Shown: positions 38,801 to 47,376 of the stretch, piece by piece
Layout: each line of letters starts with the position of its first letter
How positions within the stretch are numbered: the stretch's first letter is position 1
Assembly (NCBI GenBank): GCA_049512315.1
Contig: JBEKXF010000013.1
Coordinates: forward strand, 1 to 64,000
DNA: 64,000 nt
From: Candidatus Aminicenantales bacterium
Lineage (GTDB): Bacteria; Acidobacteriota; Aminicenantia; Aminicenantales; Saccharicenantaceae
Reading direction: 5' to 3'
Program-made: the position numbers and the translations under genes
The notes under the pieces: model-generated
What the model saw: only the letters and a program-made list of their open reading frames with translations
Told to the model about the DNA's origin: nothing
Database searches by the model: none

Positions 38801-38915
38801 CGGCCAGGGCTTCTCCGACCTGCCGCCCGATGGAAAAGGAGGGGACGACGAAGATCTTTTCGTCAAGCCGATGCCCCCGGCAGAAGTCCGAGAGAAAGCG
38901 GATCATCGCGTTCAA
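35805..38915 (-). CDS. addB: AddB-like PD-(D/E)XK nuclease with Fe-S staple cysteines
   Basis: KCPYGYFL, RGSLLHEIL, GFIDRID, IVDYKTG, CDFCDFAAVC; overlaps the addA start; start TTG 38915 or ATG 38906. Confidence 0.78.
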   Translation of the reverse strand: MNAMIRFLSDFCRGHRLDEKIFVVPSFSIGRQVGEALAGAGEAWANLRFVTLPSLAHDAAAVELARAGKKQLSATELLVHVDGLFREFLSGGRLEYFNMLSPKPGVVRAVYRAIESLRLAKISSSALESGSFVVAAKGRDMARLLGRYEELLESTNALDLPGLYLFALGRMQDPAPAWVLCLEDHSLSRLERELVQARAGLRVVRVPRDPVVGLEPPSRPWGQDSPNTTPPAAPASDVERLPWLFAPQAAPPPVGDGSVEIFRAVGHTNECREVLRRIMAEKIAYDRVEIIHPPGAPHSAVFHVLAARTGLPVTLAGGIPLAFTAPGRVYFGLLDWIERSFLVSDLCRLIEAGDFEFPGGREDKSPAPLTVSGYLKASGIGWGRERYIDRLRTLRETFETRLSAAPHGEEAEETEAKAETFRRSIAEIDGLVASVGEFLALIPDIRPKEAVDFRGFCEGLLAAIRSSVRLPSVRRAGPEFDREALDAIAEELRRISTGDDAPPAGPIVLEEAIERLRTLGSSLTVGASSPLPGHLHLSDHHSGGYSGRPVTFLVGLEDTDFPGHGLQDPVLLDAERERLSPSLPTTADALRESLYSMAALLASLRGRVIFSYPSYNIIEERASFPSSLVLQVHRLIRGDAELDYSNLEAALPEAAGFLPDGLDKVFDEMDWWLGRLSHNGKLLDGLAAVRANFPDLANGITAVEARESDTLTAFEGIVSVDRQRYDPLVNHALSLSASRLESLAKCPYGYFLRYILGIEPPDELERDPSRWLDPMARGSLLHEILFSFMTAVTEKRERVDPARHASLMKDIASRLILDMKREIPPPSEGIFEKEMRDMMESLAIFLEVEAKRPGNVEPLEFEKRFEGIEIDLGSQPGRRSFFVLRGFIDRIDRTGPGAYRIVDYKTGGSTAYEKFVAFGRGKVIQHALYAIAAEKFLPAEKSGRPARVVQSGYYFPTRRGEGREIMVDEFDRRRFAGLLGDLLTLVAKGYFVAGPEASCDFCDFAAVCGGAPAEMKRKAEANRKIFEALDRLKSYD

Positions 38916-39820
38916 TGGGGGCCGCCTGTGATCCGATAGAGGTATATTTTGTGTGACCGTCCGTTTTCATCAGGCACGACATCCTGGGCGGCGATCCGGT
39001 CGTCCCAGCCCGGCATCCGATAATTGTGAGAGACGATGCGTGTCCCCGGCCTGAGCTCCTTTTCGAAAAGCGGCTCCAGGACCTCAAGCGACTCGGGCAG
39101 AAGATAGAGGACGAGGACCGTCGCGTCGGCGATGTGGGCCTTGGTCGCGTCCATGCACAAGAAACGGGTGATCCCCTCCACCCCTTCCCTCCTAGCATTG
39201 GCCTTGCACTCCTCGACGAGTTTCGGCTCGATCTCGATGCCGACCCCCCGGGCCAAATAGGTCTTTGCCGCCGCGATGACCATCCGGCCGTCGCCGCAGC
39301 CGATGTCATAGACGACATCGTCCCGGCCGACCCCGGCGAGAGTGAGCATCCTCTCGACGACCGGGGCGGGCGTTGGGACATAAGGCGCGAGGTCGGCGGC
39401 GTCCTCCCGTCCATGGGAGCCGGGGTAGATCTTGACCAGGCCGTTCTCGTCGTAACGGAACGAATAGGGCTTGCCGGGGAAGACGGTGTAGGAGGCCTTC
39501 CGCGACCCGCTGTCGAACGCGATCTCGAGGGGGACATCGGTCGGGATCCGGTCCACGGCGCCGACCTTGAGCGCCCGCGTCTTCGGCCGGCGCATGTAGG
39601 GATTGGGTTGGATCGTGTAGGACAGGTCCTTCTTCGTGACGTTCCGGAGCGTGGCCTCCTCCCTGAGAGCGGCGGCCGCCGGACGCCGCTCGTCCAGCAC
39701 GACCCTGTTTTCGACTTTCGAGGGCGGCTTGAGAAGGACAAAGGCCAGGGCCGCCATGGCCACCAGCCCGGCGGCCTGCGGGAGGTATTTTCTCAATCGC
39801 AGCACAAACGAATGCCCCAT
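38912..39820 (-). CDS. Class I SAM-dependent methyltransferase with N-terminal membrane anchor and extra domain
   Basis: APYVPTP..VV..ML, YDIGCGDGR, GIEIE, VLYLLP, LRPGTRIVSHNY; hydrophobic N-terminal segment. Confidence 0.85.
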   Translation of the reverse strand: MGHSFVLRLRKYLPQAAGLVAMAALAFVLLKPPSKVENRVVLDERRPAAAALREEATLRNVTKKDLSYTIQPNPYMRRPKTRALKVGAVDRIPTDVPLEIAFDSGSRKASYTVFPGKPYSFRYDENGLVKIYPGSHGREDAADLAPYVPTPAPVVERMLTLAGVGRDDVVYDIGCGDGRMVIAAAKTYLARGVGIEIEPKLVEECKANARREGVEGITRFLCMDATKAHIADATVLVLYLLPESLEVLEPLFEKELRPGTRIVSHNYRMPGWDDRIAAQDVVPDENGRSHKIYLYRITGGPH

Positions 39821-39828
39821 GGACCCCG

Positions 39829-41385
39829 CTACTTCTCTTGGGCCGTTTCTTTGACCGGGCTGAGCCGCAGGAGCACGGCGCCGTGGCGGTTGACCTTCTG
39901 AGTGAACCAGCCTTCGAAGGCCCCCCAGTCATACTGGCGCCAGGCATCGCGGACCTTCCATTTCCCACTGATCCCCAGGTCCTCCCAGCGGGCCGTGACC
40001 GTCGTCACGGTCTTGCCGCGGTTGAAGAGCCCGACCGCCTTGGAGCCATCCTCCATGTCCTTGGCCCAGACTTCACAATCGTTGGCCCGGGAAACCGGAA
40101 CGGCCTGCTTGCCGAGGGCGTCCTGGTTGACCTCGATGACCTCGTCGTTCCCGAGGAGGCCCATGGTGAAATCGTCGAGCTGGGTGATATCCCCGCCGAA
40201 GACGAGGGGCGAGGCCAGGAGCGCCCAGAGGCTCATGTAGGTATATTGCTCGTCGGGCGTGAGGGGCGCGGGCACGAGCTTGGCGTCCCAGAGGATGGAC
40301 CCGACCAGGATATTGTCGGGGTCGTTCCAGCCGCCGGGGCCGGCGAACTTCTCCTTGCCGGCCTGGCCGAAGCCGATCCGGGACATGGATGTCCAGAGGC
40401 TCTTGTCTTCCGGCGGGTTGCCCAGGTCGCCGGTCGTCCGCCAATAGTTTCCGCCGACCTCTCTCCCCCACTCCCAGACGTCGCCCATCCCGTACTGGCA
40501 AAGATTATAGACCATATCGCGACCGACCTTATCCAGGGCCGACCGCATCAGACGATAGGGTTTCCTGAGCGAGTCGAGGCTCTTATCGGGGGCAACTTCC
40601 CCGTAGGAACACCAGTCGTACTTCAGGAAATCGAAACCCCACGCGGCGAACTGCCGGGCATCCTGTTCTTCGTGGCCGTAGCTTCCGGCGTAGCCGGCGC
40701 AGGTCGAGGGCCCCGGCGAAATGTAGATCCCGATCTTGAGGCCGAGCTTATGGATCGCGTCGCAGAGGGCCGCCATGTCCGGGAAATTCCCGTTCGGCCG
40801 GAGGTTGCCTGCCGCGTCCCGGGGCGCGCCGCCGATCACGGGGTCTTTCGAATCGGGCTTGATGTTCCAGCCGTCGTCGATGTTGATGTAGGAATAGCCG
40901 TGGTCGACGAGTCCCGAGGAGACCATGGCCTCGGCCTGAGCCCGGATCATCTTGTCGCTGATATTCGTGTAGGCCATGTACCAGCTCGACCAGCCCATCG
41001 GAGGGGTCAGGGCGATCGTGTCGCCGCAGACGATGCGGAACGACCTCTCGGCAACACCGAGGGCGTTCTTCACCCGGAGCGTGACGGCATACGTGCCCTT
41101 CCGGGCGAGGGTCCCCGTGATCCGGCCGGTCTTCGCGTCAAGCGTCAGGCCGGCGGGAAGGCCCGCCGCCGAGAACTCCATCGGGCGCTCGCCCGTCGCC
41201 GGGACCGCGTAGGCGAACGGCGACCCCGGGCGGCAGCCGTAGATCGTCGGCCCGTTGATCCGGGGAGCCGGGGACGACTTGGGGGTCAGGCTGCGGGGCT
41301 GGGCGGCCAGGGGGACGACCGTCCATGCGAGGCACAGGCAGGAAACCATCGCGACGAGGATTTTCTTGTGAAGAGGGGCGGTCAT
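39829..41385 (-). CDS. GH27 alpha-galactosidase with N-terminal putative Ig (He_PIG-like) domain
   Basis: Signal peptide; GLPAGLTLDAKTGRITG; TPPMGWSSW, NIDDGW, LKYDWC, WRTTGD, WNDPD. Confidence 0.9.
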   Translation of the reverse strand: MTAPLHKKILVAMVSCLCLAWTVVPLAAQPRSLTPKSSPAPRINGPTIYGCRPGSPFAYAVPATGERPMEFSAAGLPAGLTLDAKTGRITGTLARKGTYAVTLRVKNALGVAERSFRIVCGDTIALTPPMGWSSWYMAYTNISDKMIRAQAEAMVSSGLVDHGYSYINIDDGWNIKPDSKDPVIGGAPRDAAGNLRPNGNFPDMAALCDAIHKLGLKIGIYISPGPSTCAGYAGSYGHEEQDARQFAAWGFDFLKYDWCSYGEVAPDKSLDSLRKPYRLMRSALDKVGRDMVYNLCQYGMGDVWEWGREVGGNYWRTTGDLGNPPEDKSLWTSMSRIGFGQAGKEKFAGPGGWNDPDNILVGSILWDAKLVPAPLTPDEQYTYMSLWALLASPLVFGGDITQLDDFTMGLLGNDEVIEVNQDALGKQAVPVSRANDCEVWAKDMEDGSKAVGLFNRGKTVTTVTARWEDLGISGKWKVRDAWRQYDWGAFEGWFTQKVNRHGAVLLRLSPVKETAQEK

Positions 41386-41540
41386 GGGACACCTTCTTTC
41401 GTTGGCTTCAAGTTAAATCAGGTCGGCGGGAGAGTCAAGGGACCGCTCAGCGCGGATGGGACTTGACTCGGCCGAGTCCGCTTCGGGCGGGGGGCCGCCC
41501 CAAATTGACTTTTCCGGGGCCGCGGCTATACTTGTGCCTG

Positions 41541-42131
41541 ATGTCCGTGAAGCGCCCGGCCGGCCTGGCCATCATCCTCATTTCTCTTTTAGGCCTAGCC
41601 CTCGCATCCGGATCGCAGGAAGCTCCGGGGCAGCCCGCAGGAACCATTCGGGCCTTCTTCACGGCCCGCTCGGCCAAGGCCGACGATACGCTGCCCGAAG
41701 AGGCCCGCAAGGAGTTCGAGGACGATGACGGACGGCCTCTCAGGGCCGTGGCCATCGATCTCAACGGCGACGGCAAAGATGAAAAATTCTTCCTGAGCGG
41801 GGTCCCCTCAAAATCGGGCGGAATTCAGTGGCTCGTCTGGGACTCGGCCGCGAACGCAGTCCGCGGCCTCATCGTCGGCAGCATCATCTTCGTCGGGCGG
41901 GAAACCGATGAGGGTTTCCCCCGGCTCGAAACCTATTGGAAGCAGGGCGGGGACATGTCGGTCGTTTTCAATTACACCTTCGGCCGGGGAAAATACGCCC
42001 GGGTCAATTCCCGCTCGCTGACGGTTCCCGAGATCAACGAGTATTTCCGGACCAAGCCTCCGATCGACCTCGACAAGGAGCTGGCCGAGATCAAAACGGA
42101 CCATGACGCTCTCCAAAAGCCGGTCCATTAG
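41541..42131 (+). CDS. Hypothetical secreted protein
   Basis: Signal peptide; DLNGDGKDE (FG-GAP/EF-hand-like Ca-binding loop); overlaps next gene. Confidence 0.65.
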   Translation: MSVKRPAGLAIILISLLGLALASGSQEAPGQPAGTIRAFFTARSAKADDTLPEEARKEFEDDDGRPLRAVAIDLNGDGKDEKFFLSGVPSKSGGIQWLVWDSAANAVRGLIVGSIIFVGRETDEGFPRLETYWKQGGDMSVVFNYTFGRGKYARVNSRSLTVPEINEYFRTKPPIDLDKELAEIKTDHDALQKPVH

Positions 42132-43134
42132 CCTCTCCGTGCGTCTCACCTGGACCGCCGTTTTGACGCTCGGCTTGTTCACGACCGCCGCCTGCCGGGG
42201 ATCGGGCCCGCCCGCCGGCCGAAGCGGAAAAACGCTCACCGTCGCCGTCGTTCCCATGGGCACGACCCACGAGTTCTGGAAGTCCGTCCACGCCGGCGCC
42301 CTGACCGCGGCGCGCGAGCTCGGCGTCCGCCTCATCTGGAAGGGCCCGCTCAAGGAAACAGACCGGAACGAACAGGTCCAGATCGTCGAAACCCTGACGG
42401 GCTCGGGCATCGACGCCCTGGTCCTTTCTCCCCTGGACGACAGGGCCCTCGTCCGTCCGGTCCTCGAGGCCGCCGCCCTCGGCATCCCGACGGTCACGTT
42501 CAATACGGCGCTCGCGGGGAGCGGCTCCGTCGCCCTGATCGCGACCGATAATTTCAAGGGCGGGGTCATCGCCGCGGGGCGGGTCGGCCGGCTGACAGGA
42601 GGCCGCGGCCGGCTCATCCTCCTCCGGGTGACCGAGGGCGTCGAGGGGACGAGGCTCCGCGAGGAAGGGTTCCTCGAAACTGTCCGGCGGGATTTCCCCG
42701 GACTCACGATCCTTTCCGAGAACCAGTACGGCGGGGCGTCCACGGAGACCGCCTACCAGACCATGGAAAACCTCCTGGCCAGGTTCCCGGCCGTGGACAC
42801 CATTTTCACCCCCAACGAATCCACGACCTTCGGCGCCCTGAGGGCCCTCCAGGACCATGGCCTGGCGGGGAAGGTCGTCCACATCGGCTTTGACTCGTCG
42901 GCCAAGCTCGTCGAGGCCCTCGGTAAAAAAGAGATCCTCGGACTCGTCCTTCAGGACCCGTTCGAGATGGGCTCCCGGAGCGTGAGAACGGCCGTCGCGC
43001 ATCTCAGGGGCGAGCCCTACGAAAAGAATGTGGCGACGGGGGTCGTCCTGGCCACGCCGGACAACATGAACGAGCCTTCCATCCGGAGGCTCCTCGCGCC
43101 CGACCTTTCCATCCTCAGCAAGGACGCACGGTGA
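42103..43134 (+). CDS. Sugar-binding periplasmic (lipo)protein, RbsB/Peripla_BP_4 family
   Basis: Lipobox-like TAAC; THEFWKSVHAGA, IATDN..GG, REEGF, NES, IGFD, LQDPF.MG. Confidence 0.88.
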   Translation: MTLSKSRSISLSVRLTWTAVLTLGLFTTAACRGSGPPAGRSGKTLTVAVVPMGTTHEFWKSVHAGALTAARELGVRLIWKGPLKETDRNEQVQIVETLTGSGIDALVLSPLDDRALVRPVLEAAALGIPTVTFNTALAGSGSVALIATDNFKGGVIAAGRVGRLTGGRGRLILLRVTEGVEGTRLREEGFLETVRRDFPGLTILSENQYGGASTETAYQTMENLLARFPAVDTIFTPNESTTFGALRALQDHGLAGKVVHIGFDSSAKLVEALGKKEILGLVLQDPFEMGSRSVRTAVAHLRGEPYEKNVATGVVLATPDNMNEPSIRRLLAPDLSILSKDAR

Positions 43135-43174
43135 CGGAGGCCGAGTGGCATATCGGAAAAATGAGGAGACGCCC

Positions 43175-45871
43175 ATGAAGCAAGCCGGGAAGAGACGTCT
43201 GCCCGTCCTCTTGACCGCGGTCCTCGGAGCCGCGATCGTCCTTTCTGGATCAGCCCTGGAAAAAGGGAGCCCGGACGTGAAAACCGCCAAAGAAACAGGA
43301 TCGAAAACTTCCCCGCCCGCGGCGGGAGGCCTGTCCATCATCTCGTCCAGCCACCAGGATATCGCCTGGATGGATTCGCCCGAGAAATGCGTCGAGTTCC
43401 GGGACAGGAATGTCATCACCCCTGCTCTGGCCATGCTGGGCAAGAACGGCGCATACGCTTTCACCATGGAGAACATGCTCAACCTCATGGAGTACCTGGA
43501 GCGCCATCCCGAGCGGAAGGAGGAGATCGCCCGCTACACCCGGGAGGGCCGGATGGAATGGGGGGCGTCGTTCAACCAGCCCTACGAATCCCTCCTCAGC
43601 GGCGAGCAGCTCATCCGGGAAGCCTATCTCGGCCGGTGCTGGATCAAGAAGAATTTTCCCGGCTGCGACGCCCGCGTCTACTTCAACCCCGACGTGCCCG
43701 GCAGGTCCATGCAGATGCCCCAGATCCTGGCCAAGGCGGGCATCCCCTATATGGTCATGAGCCGTTACCATGAGGGCTTCTACCGCTGGGCGAGCCCGGA
43801 CGGGAGCTCCGTCCTGGCCTATTCGCCGGGCCATTATGGAAACGCGTCCGCCTATCTCAACGCCGCGCCGGAAGAAGCCGCCCAGGCCATCGCCGGGAAG
43901 GTCGCCGAGTGGAAAGAATATTACGCCGCCCGCAACCTCCCGCCCCGATTTCCGCTCCTCAATTCCGTCGATTTCTCCCGGCCGACCGACTTCGGCGCCC
44001 TGATCAAGAATTGGAACGAAAGCGGGCGGACGGCCGGGGCCGTCCCCCTGACCATGGAATATTCCTCGGCCCGCCGGTTTTTCGAGGCGATCGACGTCAA
44101 GGCCGCGAAGCTTCCGAAGATCACGGGCGAACGGCCCAACCTCTGGCTCTACATCCACGGGCCGACTCATCATTGGGCCGTTTCCGCGGGACGCGAGGCC
44201 GGGCAGCTCCTCCCCGCGGCCGAGACCTTCAGCGCGGTCCGGGCGGTCATTGAGCGCGACTTCAGCGTCTATCCGGCCCGCCGGCTCGAGGAGGCCTGGC
44301 AGGCTGCGATCTATCCCGACCACGGCTGGGGCGGGAAAGAGGGGCAGGTCACGGACCGTCTCTTCCGGAAAAAGTACGAATTCGCCCGGGACGAGGGCCG
44401 CGACATGCTCTACACGGCCCTGGCCGGCATCGCCTCTCACATCACGACCCAGTCCAACCGGGGCGTTCCCCTCATCGTTTTCAACACCCTTTCCTGGAAG
44501 CGGACGGACCCCGTCGTCTGCCTGGTCTCGCCGAAAAGCAGGGATTTCCTCCTCCGGGACGGTGACGGAAAGGAGACCGCGTATCAACGGCTTCCCGCCC
44601 TCCCCGGCCAGGCTGCGGGCGCGGTCAGGATCGAATTCACCGCGGGGGACGTCCCCGCCCTGGGTTATAAGACCTGGTACCTGGCCGAAGGTCGGCCGGC
44701 AGGCGTCGCAAATCCCGCTTCGACCCGGACGAACTTCTTCGAGAACACTTTTTACAGGATCGAGCTCGCCCCGGGCGGGGTCAAGAGCATCTTCGACAAG
44801 GAGCTCGGCCGGGAGGTCCTGGCTGCCGGGAAATTCCTCGGCTTCGAGGTTTTCACCATGCAGTCTGTCGGTAACGGCGCCGGCGAGTTCGGCCGGGTCC
44901 AGCAGCCGACCATGGAGGGCTTCGACCGGCTCAGCCTGCACGGCCCGGCCTGGAAATATGATGGGACCGAATCCGGCCCGATGAAGACGGTCTTCAGCTT
45001 GGAGCAGCCGCTCAAGAATTGCACGGTCTGGCAGAAGCTTATTCTCCGGAACGACGTCAAGCGGATCGACTGCGAGGTCGATCTCCTGGGATGGGACGGC
45101 GACCCGTACAGGGAATTCCGGATGGCCCTCCCGGTCAACGCCGAAAACGGCCGGGTGGCTTACGAAGTCCCCCTGGGCGTCGTCGAGGTCGGATCGGGCG
45201 AGATCAAGGGCACGGGCGGCCCGGCCTACGGGAATCTCGTCTATGATGAAGAGTGCTCGGACATCCGGCCGCGCGAAGTCCAGGGCTTCCTCAGCGCCGG
45301 CGACGACACCCTCGGGGTCACCTTGAGCACGAGCGTCGCCGTCTGCGATTTTAAAGACCCGACGACCTCACCCGTCGCCTATCCCGTCCTCCAGCCCGTC
45401 CTCCTCGCGTCGCGGCGGAGCTGCCACGGTGAAGGGAATTGGTACCTCCAGGAAGGAGACCACCATTACCGCTTCTCAATGTTTTCGCACCGGCGGGGCT
45501 GGCGCAACGGCTGGCGGGCCGGGATCCAGGCCGGAAGCCCCCTCCTCGTGATCGCGAACCCGGCCACCGCGGCCGTGGCCTCCCTGCCCGACGAGATGGA
45601 TTTCGTCTCGACCTCGGCGGGGAACGTCATCGTCAGCACGCTCAAGAAGGCGGAGGACGACGCGAGCCTCATCCTCCGGGTCTACGACATCGAGGGACGG
45701 GACGCCGAGGCACATCTCAACCTCTTCTTTCCGCTGAGGTCACTGGAAACCGTCAACATCATCGAGGAGGCTCCGAAGGCGCTGAAGCCGGGGAAAGACG
45801 GTTTCGTCCTGAAGGTCGGCCACCACGCCGTCGAGACGTTCCGGCTCGTCCCGGAGGGGAAGCGGAAGTAG
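43175..45871 (+). CDS. GH38 alpha-mannosidase-like glycoside hydrolase
   Basis: Signal peptide; SSHQDIAW, GEQLIR, NPDVPG...QMPQIL, W.SPDGS, VFNTLSWKR, LKKAEDD.SLILR.Y; SD GAGGAG before ATG 43175. Confidence 0.82.
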   Translation: MKQAGKRRLPVLLTAVLGAAIVLSGSALEKGSPDVKTAKETGSKTSPPAAGGLSIISSSHQDIAWMDSPEKCVEFRDRNVITPALAMLGKNGAYAFTMENMLNLMEYLERHPERKEEIARYTREGRMEWGASFNQPYESLLSGEQLIREAYLGRCWIKKNFPGCDARVYFNPDVPGRSMQMPQILAKAGIPYMVMSRYHEGFYRWASPDGSSVLAYSPGHYGNASAYLNAAPEEAAQAIAGKVAEWKEYYAARNLPPRFPLLNSVDFSRPTDFGALIKNWNESGRTAGAVPLTMEYSSARRFFEAIDVKAAKLPKITGERPNLWLYIHGPTHHWAVSAGREAGQLLPAAETFSAVRAVIERDFSVYPARRLEEAWQAAIYPDHGWGGKEGQVTDRLFRKKYEFARDEGRDMLYTALAGIASHITTQSNRGVPLIVFNTLSWKRTDPVVCLVSPKSRDFLLRDGDGKETAYQRLPALPGQAAGAVRIEFTAGDVPALGYKTWYLAEGRPAGVANPASTRTNFFENTFYRIELAPGGVKSIFDKELGREVLAAGKFLGFEVFTMQSVGNGAGEFGRVQQPTMEGFDRLSLHGPAWKYDGTESGPMKTVFSLEQPLKNCTVWQKLILRNDVKRIDCEVDLLGWDGDPYREFRMALPVNAENGRVAYEVPLGVVEVGSGEIKGTGGPAYGNLVYDEECSDIRPREVQGFLSAGDDTLGVTLSTSVAVCDFKDPTTSPVAYPVLQPVLLASRRSCHGEGNWYLQEGDHHYRFSMFSHRRGWRNGWRAGIQAGSPLLVIANPATAAVASLPDEMDFVSTSAGNVIVSTLKKAEDDASLILRVYDIEGRDAEAHLNLFFPLRSLETVNIIEEAPKALKPGKDGFVLKVGHHAVETFRLVPEGKRK

Positions 45872-45961
45872 CCGGAAACGCCGGCAGAGATCATCCCGTC
45901 TGAGAATCCAGGGCCTCCCCGGACCGTCTATATCCTTGGAAATTCGATCCAGGAGGTCCGG

Positions 45962-46258
45962 ATGAAAGCCAAGATCGGGCGCGAGGAATTCGTGCGTCTG
46001 GCCATTTCGAAGCTGCGGCTGGCCAACTACAAAGGGATCCACTCGGTCTACAGCGGGTTCAACGAGGCCTTCAAGGCTTACTTCGAGGGGGCTAATCCCA
46101 TCGAAGCGACCGGGGAGCTGACCAAGGAGGGGAAGATCACCCTACGGCCGGTCAAGGGCGGGGTGATGCTCTACCTGCCCGAGGACGGTCCAGTGATGAG
46201 CCGCGGCGACGCGGCCCTTCTGAAAATGGGACTCCTTGAGAAGCCCAAGGACCACTGA
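45962..46258 (+). CDS. Small hypothetical protein
   Basis: SD AGGAGG, genome-like codons; GIHSVYSGFNEAF and RPVKGGVMLYLP segments look like a conserved small domain. Confidence 0.75.
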   Translation: MKAKIGREEFVRLAISKLRLANYKGIHSVYSGFNEAFKAYFEGANPIEATGELTKEGKITLRPVKGGVMLYLPEDGPVMSRGDAALLKMGLLEKPKDH

Positions 46259-46267
46259 GCCCGCCGC

Positions 46268-47173
46268 TTATTTTTTCATCAGCCCGGCGACGACCGCCGC
46301 GACGTGGCGGTTGAACTCCTCCGGCCGCTCGAGCATCGGGTAATGGCCCATGTGTTTCATGACGATCACGTCGAAATCCGGCTTGACCTTCCTGACGCCG
46401 GCCAAATCCGTCGGATAGAGGTCGCCGTTGATGGCCCGGAGCGGAACGGTCAGCTTTCGGGCCGAAGCCGCTGGGTCATATCCGGCCAGGCCCAGGAACA
46501 TGGCATAGGCCGCTTCGGGTGAGGTCCTGGCCATGCGCCGTCCGGCCTCGGCCATGATCGCAGGATCGGCGTCGGGATGAAAGAGGGCCTTGGTCATCGC
46601 CTTGACGCTGCCTGCGAAATCCTTCCGGAAGGCCTCGGCCCTCTGGCGGGCTTCGTCCGGCGTAATCTTGTAATCGAGGCTCTGGAAGGTATCGATGCCG
46701 ACGACGCCGACGACCCGGCCCGGCATGAGCAGGGCCGCTTCGATAGCCACCGGCCCGCCGAGCGAGTTGCCGAAGAGGATCATGCGCTTGAGCCTTTCGG
46801 CATCGGCGACGGCCTTGACGTCCGCGCCGAACTCGGGCAGGCCCCATTTCGTCCGGTTCGTCCCCGATTCCCCGTGTCCGGCGAGGTCGAGGGCGATGAC
46901 CCGGTGGCTCGCCCCGAACGCCTTGAGCTCCGGGTCCCAGAAACCGCGGTCCGCCAGCCCGCCGTGGATGAAGACCAGGGCCGGCTCCCCTGCCCCGCAT
47001 ACCGAATAGACGATCGCGACCCCATCAAACGCCTGACAAGTCTTTCTTTCGATCCCTGCGGTCATTGGACCTCTCCCTTGAACATCGGCTGCCGCAGTCG
47101 TCAATCCGGCTGCGGCAGCCGGGATGACGACTGCGAGCGTTCCTAGGATAAGCAGATACTTTTGAATATTCAT
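46268..47173 (-). CDS. Secreted alpha/beta hydrolase
   Basis: Signal peptide; FIHGG, DLAGHGES, GNSLGG nucleophile elbow, GHYPMLERP. Confidence 0.88.
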   Translation of the reverse strand: MNIQKYLLILGTLAVVIPAAAAGLTTAAADVQGRGPMTAGIERKTCQAFDGVAIVYSVCGAGEPALVFIHGGLADRGFWDPELKAFGASHRVIALDLAGHGESGTNRTKWGLPEFGADVKAVADAERLKRMILFGNSLGGPVAIEAALLMPGRVVGVVGIDTFQSLDYKITPDEARQRAEAFRKDFAGSVKAMTKALFHPDADPAIMAEAGRRMARTSPEAAYAMFLGLAGYDPAASARKLTVPLRAINGDLYPTDLAGVRKVKPDFDVIVMKHMGHYPMLERPEEFNRHVAAVVAGLMKK

Positions 47174-47376
47174 GTCGGATCCCCTTTCCATGATTATAGA
47201 GCGCCGCCGACGGGAAGTCCATCCGTCCCAGGGGCAAACGGGACCCCGTCGGCTGGGCAGGACCGGGGTCCCGGGCTTCCCGCAGCCGCTAGAAACCCGG
47301 AGCCTTTTTGCCCGTATTATTGTATGATAAAAGGGCGCTTCGCGCGCACCCTATCAACATTCGCGGAGGTCAACAC

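Noticed and set aside
32216..39820. Helicase + nuclease + methyltransferase as an antiphage or restriction-modification system
   Set aside because: Motifs match AddAB repair enzymes; the methyltransferase lacks DPPY/NPPY or PC motifs and has a membrane anchor.
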